Part shown: piece after piece, positions 41,301 to 52,000 of the stretch | Numbering within the stretch: the first letter of the stretch is position 1 | Layout: each line of letters opens with the position of its first letter | DNA from: Octopus sinensis | Lineage: Eukaryota | Direction of reading: 5' to 3' | Length of the DNA stretch: 64,000 nt | Assembly (NCBI RefSeq): GCF_006345805.1 | Contig: NC_043025.1 | Coordinates: forward strand, 16,988,001 to 17,052,000 | Program-made: the position numbers and the translations under genes | Notes under the pieces: model-generated | Databases searched by the model: none | Told to the model about the DNA's origin: nothing | Seen by the model: only the letters and a program-made list of their open reading frames with translations

Positions 41301-44300
41301 AACTTATATTTACCTAACAGATCACAAAATATTTTGTTGTTTTTCAAGTACACATTTGAAATATTTTGACATTTTCTAACCTGAAAACTTTTGAGAATTT
41401 AGTGATCTCTTGGATAAATATAAGCTTATTTTCACTCAGTTAATTTATATTTACCTAACACAGCACATAATTTGTTGTTGTTTTTCAAGTACACATTTGA
41501 AATATTTTTTAACATTTTCTAACCTGAAAACTTTGAGAATTTAGTGATCTCTTGGATAAATTTAATCTTATTATAACTCAGTTAACTCAGTTAACCTAAC
41601 AGATCACTTAATTTTTTGTTGTTTTTCAAGTACACATTTGAATTATTTTGACATTTTCTAACCTGAAGACTTTTGAGAATTTAGTGATCTCTTGGATAAA
41701 TATAAGCTTATTATCACTCAGTCAATTTATATTTACCGAACAGATCACAAAATTTTTTTTGTTTTTCAAGTATACATTTGAAATATTTTGACATTTTCTA
41801 ACCTGAAAACCATTGAGAATTTAGTGATCTCTTGGATAAATATACGCATATTATCACTCAGTTAACTTATATTTACCTAAAAGATCACTTAATTTTTTGT
41901 TGTTTTTCAAGTACACATTTGGAATATTTTCACAAGTTCTAACCTGAAAACTTTTGAAAATTTAGTGATCTCTTGGATAAATATAAGCTTATTATCACTT
42001 AGTTAATTTATATTTACCGAACAGATCACAAAATTTTTTTTTGTTGTTCTTCAAGTATACATTTGAAATATTTTCACATTTTCTAACCTGAAATCTTTTG
42101 AGAAATTAGTTTTCTCTTGGATAAATATAAGCTTATTATCACTCAGTTAATTTATATTTACCTAACAGATCACAAAATTTTTTTTATCTTTTTCAAGTAC
42201 ACATTTAAAATATTTTGACATTTTCTAACCTGAAAACATTTGAGAATTTAGTGATCTCTTGGATAAATATAAGCTTATTATCACTCAGTTAACTTATATT
42301 TACCTAACAGATCACAAAATATTTTGTTGTTTTTAAAGTACACATTTGAAATATTTTGATATTTTCTAATGTGAAAACTTTCGAGAATTTAGTGATCTCC
42401 TGGATAAATATATGCTTATTATCACTCAGTTAATTTATATTTACCTAACAGATCACAAAATTTTTTGTTGTTTTTCAAGTACACATTTGAAATATTTTGA
42501 CATTTTCTAACCTGAAAACTTTTGAGAAATTTGTTTTCTCTTGGATAAATATAAGCTTATTATCACTCAGTTAATTCATATTTTCCGAACAGATCTCAAA
42601 TTTTTTGTCGTTTTTCAAATACACATTTGAAATATTTTGTCATTTTCTAACCTGAAAACTTTTGAAATTTAGTGATCTCTTGGATAAATATAAGCTTATT
42701 ATAACTCAGTTGACTCAGTTACCTAACAGATCACTTAATTTTTGTTGTTTTTGAAGTACACATTTGAAATATTTTGACATTTTCTAACCTGTAAACTTTT
42801 GAGAATTTAGTGATCTCTTGGATAAATATAAGCTTATTATTGCTCAGTTAATTTATATTGACCTAACAGATCACAAAATTTTTTTTTCTTTTTCAAGTAC
42901 ACATTTGAAATATTTTGACATTTTCTAACCTGAAAACTTTTGAGAATTTTGTGAACTCTTGGATAAATATAAGCTTATTATCACTCAGTTAACTTATTTA
43001 CCTAACAGATCACAAAATATTTTGTTGTTTTTCAAGTACACATTTGAAATATTTTGACATTTTCTAACGTGAAAACTTTTGAGAATTTAGTGATCTCTTG
43101 ATAAATATAAGCTTATTACCACTCAGTTAATTTATATTTACCTAACACAGCACAAAATTTGTTGTTGTTTTTCAAGTACACATTTGAAATATTTTGACAT
43201 TTTCTAACCTGAAAACTTTTGAGAATTTAGTGATCTCTTGGATAAACATAAGTTTATTATCACTCATTTATATTCACCGAACAGATCACAAATTTTTTTG
43301 TTTTTCAAGTACACATTTGAAATATTTTGACATTTTCTAACCTGAAAACTTTTGAGACTTTAATGATCTCTTTGATAAATATAAGCCTATTATAACTCAA
43401 TTAACTCAGTTAACCTAACAGATCACAAATTTTTTGTTATTTTTCAAGTACACATTTGAAATATTTTGACATTTTCTAACCTGAAAACGTTTGAGAATTT
43501 AATGATCTCTTGGATAATATAAGCTTATTATCACTCAGTTAATTTATATTTACCTAACAGATCACTTAATTTTTGTTGTTTTTCAAGTATACATTTGAAA
43601 TATTTTCACATTTTCTCACCTGAAAACTTTTGAGAAATTAGTTTTCTCTTGGATAAATATAAGTTTATTATCACTCAGTTAATTTATATTTACCTTAGAG
43701 ATCACAAAATTTTTTGTTGTTTTTCAAGTACACATTTGAAAGATTATGACATTTTCTAACCTGAAAACTTTTGAGAATTTAGTGATCTCTCGGATAAATA
43801 TAAGCTTATTATCACTCAGTTAATTTATATTTACCTAACAGATCACAAAATATTTTGTTGTTTTTCAAGTACACATTTGAAATATTTTGACACTTTCTAA
43901 CCTGAAAACTTTTGAGAATTTAGTGATCTCTTGGAGAAATAGAAGCTTATTATCACTCAGTTAATTTATATTTACCTAACAGATTACAAAATCTTTTGTT
44001 GTTTTTCAAGTACACTTTTGAAATATTTTGACATTTTCTAACCTGAAAACATTTGAGAATTTAGTGATCTCTTGGATAAATATAAGCTTATTATCATTCA
44101 GTTAATTTATATTTACCTAACAGATCACAAAATTTTTTGTTGTTTTTCAAGTACACATTTGAAATATTTTGACATTTTCTAACCTGAAAACATTTGAGAA
44201 TTTAGTGATCCCTTGGATAAATATAAGCTTTTTATCACTCAGTTAATTTATATTTACCTAACAGATCACAAAATGTTTTATTGTTTTTCAAGTACACTAT

Positions 44301-44370
44301 TTAAATATTTTGACATTTTCTAAACTGAAAGCTTTTGAGAATTTAGTGATCTCTTGGATAAATATAAGCT
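35339..44370 (+). repeat. Sat140 array, forward orientation, continued
   Basis: Same monomer and subtype as 19606-34568. It ends at ...GGATAAATATAAGCT (44370). Confidence 0.97.
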
Positions 44371-47300
44371 TTAATATTACTCTAAATGTTCTGAGAGGCG
44401 AAGGAAATTGTAATAGAATACTGGATACAAAAAATAGCAGTAATATTTTGGGGTAGATTTAATATTCCTCTGAAACTTCTGAAATGCCCAGGGAATTAAA
44501 ATAGAAGACTAACATTAACTTTATCTTTCATTGTTGTGCGGTGGGAACAATAAAGTAGCAGTAAAATTCTGGGGTAGATATAATATTCCTCTAAACTTAT
44601 GAGATGCCAAGGGAATTATAATAGAAAACTAACTTTAACTTTAACTTTCATTGTAATTGTAATAGAAGACTAACATTAACTTTAACTTTCATCAGCAGTA
44701 AAATTCTGGGATTGATTTAATATTCCTATAAAACTTCTGAGATGCCAAGGGAATTATAATAGAAGACTAACTCTAACTTTACCTTTCATTGTTGTGGGGT
44801 GGATACAATAAAGTAGCAAGTTAGCAGTAAAATTCTGGGGTAGATTTAATATTTCTCTAAAACTTCTGAGATGCCAAGGGAATTATAATAGAAAACTAAC
44901 ACTAATTTTAACTTTCATTTTTGTGGGGTGGATACAATAAGGTAGGAGTCAAATTCTGGGGTAGATTTAATATTCCTCGAAAACTTCTGAGATAACAAGG
45001 GAATTGTAATAGAATACTAACACCAATTTTAACTTTCATTTTTGTGGGGTGGATACAATAAAGTAGTAGTAAAATTCTGGGGTAGATTTAGTATTCCTCT
45101 AAACTTCTGAGATAACAAGGGAATTGTAATAGAAGACTAAAATAACTTTACCTTTCATTGTTGTGGTGTGGATACAATAAAGTAGCAGTAAAATTCTGGG
45201 GTAGATTTATTATTCCTCTAAAACTTCTGAGATGTCAAGGGAATTGTGAAAGAAGACTAAAGTATCTTTACCTTTCATTGTTGTGCGGTGGATACAATAA
45301 ATTAGCAGTAAAATTCTGGGGTAGATTTAACATTCCTGTAAAACTTCTGAAATGCCAAGGGAATTAAAATAGAAGACTACCATTAAGTTTACCTTTCATT
45401 GTTGTGCTGTGGATACAATAAAGTAGTAGCAGTAAAATTCTGGGGTAGATTAATATTCCTCTAAAACGTCTGAGATGCCAAGGGAATTGTAATAGAATAC
45501 TAACAGTAACTTTACCTTTCATTGTTGTGGGGTGGATACAATAAAGTAGCAGTAAAATTCTAGGGCAGATTTAATATTTCTCTAAAACCTCTGAGATGCC
45601 AAGGGAATTGTAATAGAATACTAACAGTAACTTTATCTTTCATTGTTGTGTGGTGGATACAAAAAATAGCAGTAAAATTTTGTGGTAGATTTAATATTCC
45701 TCTAAAACTTCTGAAATGCCCAGAGAATTAAAATAGAAGACTAACATTATCTTTATCTTTCATTGTTGTGCGGTGGAGACAATAAAGTAGCAGCAAAATT
45801 CTGGGATAGATATAATATTCTTCTAAACTTATGAGATGCCAAGGGATTTATAATAGAAATCTAACATTAACTTTAACTTTCATTGTAATTGTAATAGAAG
45901 TCTAACATTAACTTTAACTTTCTTTAGCAGTAAAATTCTCGTGTAGATTTAATATTCCTCTAAAACTTCTGAGATGCCAAGGGAATAGAAGACTAACAGT
46001 AACTTTATCTTTCATTGTTGTGGGGTGGATACAATAAATAGCAGTAAAATTCTGTAGTAGATTTAATATTCCTCTAAAACACCTGAGATGACAAGGGAAT
46101 TATAATAGAAGTCTAACACTAACTTTACCTTTCATTGTTGTGGGGTGGATAGAATAATTTAGCAGTAAATCTTTCATTAGCAGTAAAAGACATTTGTAAT
46201 AGTAGACTAACATTAACTTTAAATTTCATCAGCAGTAAAATGCTGGGGTTGATTTAATATTCCTTGAAAACATCTCAGATGCCAAGGTAATTATAATAGA
46301 AGACTAACAGTAACTTTAATTGTTGTGCGGTGGATACAATAAAGTAGAAGTAAAATTCTGGGGTAGATTTAATATTCCTGCAAAACTTCTGAAATGCCGA
46401 AGGAATTAAAATAGAAGACTACCATTAACTTTACCTTTCATTGTTCTGCGGTGGATACCATAAACTAGCAGTAAAATTCTGGGGTAGTTTTAATATTCCT
46501 CTAAAACTTCTGAGATGCCAGGGGAATTATGATAGAAGACTAACACTACTTTACCTTTCATTGTTGTGGGGTGGATAAAATAAAGTAGCAGTGAAATACT
46601 GGAGTAGATTTAATATTCCTCTAAAACTTCTGAGATGCCAAGGTAATTGTAATAGAAGACTAAGATTAACGTTAACTTTCATTGTAATTGTATTAGAAGA
46701 TTAACATTAACTTTAACTTTCATTGTAATTGTATAATAAGACAAACATTAACTTTAACTTTCATTGGCAGTATAATTCTGGGGTAGATTTAATATTCCTC
46801 TAAAACTTCTGAGATGCCAAGGCAATTGTAATAGAAGACTAAGATTAACGTTAACTTTCATTGTAATTGTATTAGAAGTTTAACATTAACTTTAACTTTC
46901 ATTGTAATTGTATAATAAGACAAACATTAACTTTAACTTTCATTGGCAGTAAAATTCTGGGGTAGATTTAATATTCCTCTAAAACTTGTGAGATGCCAAG
47001 GTAATTGTAATAGAAGACTAAGATTAATGTTAACTTTCATTGTAATTGTATTAGAAGATTAACATTAACTTTAACTTTCATTGTAATTGTATAATAAGAC
47101 AAACATTAACTTTAACTTTCATTGGCAGTAAAATTCTGGGGTAGATTTAATATTCCTCTAAAACTTCTGAGATGCCAAGGCGATTGTAATAGAAGACTAA
47201 GATTAACGTTAACTTTCATTGTAATTGTATTAGAAGTTTAACATTAACTTTAACTTTCATTGTAATTGTATAATAAGACAAACATTAACTTTAACTTTCA

Positions 47301-48103
47301 TTGGCAGTAAAATTCTGGGGTAGATTTAATATTCCTCTAAAACTTCTGAGATGCCAAGGGAATTGTATTAGGAGACTAAATTAACTTTACCTTTCATTGT
47401 TGTGGGGTGGATACAATAAAGTAGAAGTAAAATTCTGGGATATATTTAATATTCCTGTAAAACTTCTGAAATGCCAAGGGAATTATAATAGAAGACTAAC
47501 ACTAACTTTTCCTTTCATCGTTGTGGGGTGTATACTATAAAGTAGCAGAAAAATTCTGGGGTAGATTTAATATTCCTCTAAAACTCCTGAGATGACAAGG
47601 GTATTATAATAGAAGTCTAACACTAACTTTAACTTTCATTTAATATTCCTGTAAAACCTCTGAGATGCCTAAGGAATTATAAGAGAAGACGAAAACTAAC
47701 TTTACCTTTCATTGTTGTGGGTGGATAAAATAAAGTTGCGGTGAAATACTGGGGTAGATTTAATATTTCTATAAAACATCTGAGATGCAAAGGGAATTAT
47801 AATAGAAGACTAACACTAACTTTACCTTTCATTGTTGTGGGTGGAAAAAATAACGTTGCAGTAAAATACTAGGGTAGATTTAATATTCCTCTAAAACTTC
47901 TGAGATGCCTAGGGAATTATAAGGGAAGATTAACAGTAACTTTACTTTTCATTGTTGTGGGGTGGATACAATAAAGTTGCGGTGAAATACTGGGGTAGAT
48001 TTAATATTTCTATAAAACATCTGAGATTCCAAGGCAATTATAATACAAGACTAACACTAACTTTACCTTTTATTGTTGTTCGGTGGATAAAATAAAGTAG
48101 CAG
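44371..48103 (+). repeat. Second satellite, ~120-bp monomer ('Sat120'), with length variants
   Basis: Consensus ~GGATACAATAAAGTAGCAGTAAAATTCTGGGGTAGATTTAATATTCCTCTAAAACTTCTGAGATGCCAAGGGAATTGTAATAGAAGACTAACATTAACTTTACCTTTCATTGTTGTGGGGT. TAGCAGTAAAATTCTGGG occurs at 45183 and 45303 (period 120). Confidence 0.96.
46622..47340 (+). repeat. 179-bp derived unit x4 (each with three ~41-bp subrepeats), arranged as a 358-bp dimer x2
   Basis: TAAAACTT starts at 46622, 46801, 46980, 47159 and 47338. Subrepeat ATTGTAATTGTATTAGAAGATTAACATTAACTTTAACTTTC. Variants AAGGTA/AGAAGATT and AAGGC/AGAAGTTT alternate between units. Confidence 0.92.
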
Positions 48104-48998
48104 GTTAACGATTCAACAGTCTAATGATTCTACAGGCTAACGATTCTACAGGCGAACGATTCTACGGGCTAATAATTCTACAGGCGAACGATTCTACGGG
48201 CTAATGATTCTACAGGCTAATGATTCTATGGGCTAATGATTCTACGGGCTAATGATTCTACCGGCTAATGATTCTACGGGCGAATGGTTCTACAGGCTAA
48301 TGATTCTTCGGGCCAATGATTCTACAAATTAACGATTGTAGAGGCTAATAATTCTACAGGCTAATGATTCTAGAGGCTAATGATTCTATGGACTAATGAT
48401 TCTACGGGCTAATGATTCTAGAGGCTAATGATTCTACGGGCTAATGATTCTATGGGCTAATGATTCTACAAGCTAATGATACTACGGGCTAATAATTCTA
48501 CAGGCTAATGATTCTACAGGTTAACGTTTCTACGGGCTAATGATTCTACATGCTAATGATTCTACAGGCTAACATTTCTACAGGCTAATGATTCTACGGG
48601 CTAATGAACCTACGGGCTAATGATTCTGCTGCTAAAGATTTTACGGGCTAATGATTCTACAGGCTAACGTTTCTACGGGCTAATGATACTACAGGCTAAT
48701 GATTCTACAGGCTAACATTTCTACAGGCTAGTGATTCTACGGGCTAATGAATCTACGGGCTAATGATTCTGCTGCTAAAGATTTTACGGGCTAATGATTC
48801 TACAGGCTAACGTTTCTACGGGCTAATGATACTACAGGCTAATGATTCTACAGGCTAACGTTTCTACAGGCTAATAATTCAACGGGCTAATGATTCTACA
48901 GGCTAATGATTCTACGGGCTAATGATTCTACAAGCTACTAATTCTACGGGCTAATGATTCTACGGGCCAATGATACTACAGGCTAACGTTTCTACAGG
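48101..48998 (+). repeat. 16-bp minisatellite (C[A/G]GGCTAATGATTCTA)n, ~56 copies, truncated by the gap
   Basis: Directly visible tandem CAGGCTAATGATTCTA / CGGGCTAATGATTCTA units. TGATTCTGCTGCTAAAGATTTTAC occurs at 48621 and 48764 (143-bp duplication). Confidence 0.97.
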
Positions 48999-49098
48999 NN
49001 NNNNNNNNNNNNNNNNNNNNNNNNNNNNNNNNNNNNNNNNNNNNNNNNNNNNNNNNNNNNNNNNNNNNNNNNNNNNNNNNNNNNNNNNNNNNNNNNNN
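48999..49098. other. Assembly gap (100 N)
   Basis: Run of exactly 100 N. Confidence 0.99.
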
Positions 49099-52000
49099 CA
49101 GGTTAGAAAATGTCAAAATATTTCAAATGTGTACTTGAAAAACAAAAAAAATTTTTGTGATCTGTTAGTAAATATAAGCTATATGAGAGATAATAAGCTT
49201 ATATTTATCCAGAACAAGAGATCACTAAATTCTCAAAAGTTTTCGGTTAGAAAATTCAAAATATTTCAAATGTGTACTTGGAAAAAAAAAATTTTTTGTT
49301 CTGTTAGGTAAATATAAGCTCTATGAGTGATAATAAGTTATATTTATCAAGTGATTACTAAATTCTAAAAAGTTTTCAGGTTACAAAATGTAAAAATATT
49401 TCAAGAGTGTACTTGAAAAAGAAAAAAAAAATTTGTTATCTGTTAGATAAATATAAGCTATATGAGTGATAATAAGCTTATATTTATCCAAGAGATCACT
49501 AAATTCTCAAACGTTTTCAGGTTAGAAAAAGTCAAAATATTTCAAATGTGTACTTGAAAAACAAAAAAAATTTTGTGATCTGTTAGGTAAACTATAGCTT
49601 TAACTGAGTGATAATAAGCTTATCCAAGAGATCACTAAATTCTTAAAAGTTTTCAGGTTAGAAAATGTCAAAATGTTTCAAATGTGTACTTGAAAAGGAA
49701 AAAAAAATTTTGTGATCTGTTAGATAATTATAAGTTAACTGAGTGATAATAAGCTTATATTTATCCAAGAGATCACTAAATTCTTAAAAGTTTTCAGGTT
49801 AGAAAATGTCAAAATGTTTCAAATGTGTACTTGAAAAGGAAAAAAAAATTTTGTGATCTATTAGATAATTATAAGCTATATGAGTGATAATAAGCATATA
49901 TTTATCCAAGAGATCACTAAATTCTTAAAAGTTTTCAGGTTAGAAAATGTCAAAATATTTCAAATGTGTACTTGAAAAACAAAAAAAAATTTTGTGATCT
50001 GTAAGGTAAATATATGCTATATGAGTGATAATATCTTATATTTATCCAACAGATCACTAAATTCTCAAAAGTCTTCAGTTTAGAAAAATTGAAAATATTT
50101 CAAATGTGTACATGAAAAAAAAATTTTATGATCAGTTTAGGTAAATATAAGCTATATGAGGTGAATAGATCTTATATTATCAAGAGATCACTAAATTTTA
50201 AAAGTTTCAGTTTAAAATCTCAAATATTTTAAATGTGTACTTGAAAAACAAAAAAAAAATTGGATCTGTTAGTAAACATAAGCTATATGAGTGATAATAA
50301 GCTTATATTTATCCAAGAGATCACTATATTCTCAAAAGTTTTCAGGTTAGAAATGTCAAAATATTTCAAATGTGTACTTGAAAAACAAAAACAAAATTTT
50401 GTGTCTCTTAGGTAAATATAGCTATATGAGTGATAATAAGCTTATATTTGTCCAAGAGATCACTAAATTCTTAAAGTTTTCAGGTTAGAAAAGTGAAAAT
50501 ATTTCAAATGTGTTCTTGAAGAATAAAAAAAAATTTTGTGAACTGTTAGGTTAATATAAGCTATATGAGTGATAATAAGCTTATATTTATCAATGAGATC
50601 ACTAAATTCTCAATAGTTTTCAGGTTGTAAATATAATCTATATGAGTGATAATAAGCTTATATTTATCCAAGAGATCACTAAATTCTCAAAAGTTTTCAG
50701 GTTAGAAAATATCAAAATATTTCAAATGTGTACTTGAAACCAAAAAAAAATTTTGTTATCTATTAGATAAATATAAGTTAACTGAGTGATAATAAGCTTA
50801 TATTTACCCATAGAGATCACTAAATCTCAAAAGTTTTCAGGTTAGAAAATTCAAAATATTTCAAATGTGTACTTGAAAAACAAAAAAAAATTTTGAGATC
50901 TGTTAGGTAAATATAAGCTATGTGAGTGATAATAAGCTTATATTTATCCAAGAGAGCACTAAATTCTGAAAAGTTGTCAGGTTAGAAAATGTCAAAATAT
51001 TTCAAATGTGTACTTGAAGAACAAAAAAAAATTTGTGATCTGTTAGGTAACTATAAGCTATATGAGTGATAATAAGCTCATCCAAGAGATCACTAAATTC
51101 TCAAAAGATTTCAGGTTAGAAAATTTCAAAATATTTCAAATGTGTACTTGAAAAACAAAAAAAAATTTTGTTGTCTGTTAGGTAAATATAAGCTATATGA
51201 GTGATAAAACCTTATATTTATCCAAGAGATCACTAAATTCTCAAAAGTTTTCAGGTTAGAAAATGTCAAATTATTTCAAATGTGTACTTGAAAAACAAAA
51301 AAAATTTTGTGATCTGTTAGATAAATATAAGTTAACTAAGTGATTATAAGCTTATGTTTATCCAACAGATGACTAAATTGTCAAAAGTTTTCAGGTTAGA
51401 AAATGTCAAAATATTTCAAATGTTTACTAGAAAAAAAAAATTTTTGTGATCCGTTAGGTAAATATAAGCTACGTGAGTGATAATAAACTGATATTTATCC
51501 AAGAGATCACTAAATTCTCAAAAGTTTTCAGGTTAGAAAATGTCAAAATATTTCAAATGTGTACTTGAAAAACAAAAGAATTTTATGATCTGTTAGATAA
51601 ATATAAGTTCACTAATGATTTAAGCTTATTTATATTTTTCCAAAGATCACTAAATTCTCAAAAGTTTTCAGGTTAGAAAAAGTCAACATATTCAAATGTG
51701 TACTTGAAAACAAAAAAATTTTGTGATCTGTTAGGTAAATATAAGCTATATGAGTGACAATAAGCTTATATTTATCCAAGAGATCCCTTAATTCTCAAAT
51801 ATTTTTAGGTTAGAAAATGTCAAATATTTCAAATGTGTACTTGAAAAAGAAAAAAAAATTTTTATTGTCTCTTCGGTAAATATAAGCTATATGAGAGATA
51901 ATAAGCTTATATTTGTCAAAGAGATCACTAAATTCTCAATAGTTTTCAGGTTAGAAAATGACAAAATATTTCAAATGTGTACTTGAAAAACAAAAATAAA

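Noticed and set aside
45158-45367. 69-aa ORF with a 40-aa repeat in Sat120
   Set aside because: The 120-bp period preserves frame by chance. Neighbouring monomers have stops and indels, so this is not a repeat-protein exon.
48101-48998. Telomeric repeat array
   Set aside because: The unit is a 16-bp degenerate repeat, not (TTAGGG)n or a similar short G-rich unit. TTAGG-like words in Sat140 are isolated.
48970-49311. 113-aa ORF
   Set aside because: Artefact of reading through the 100-N gap.
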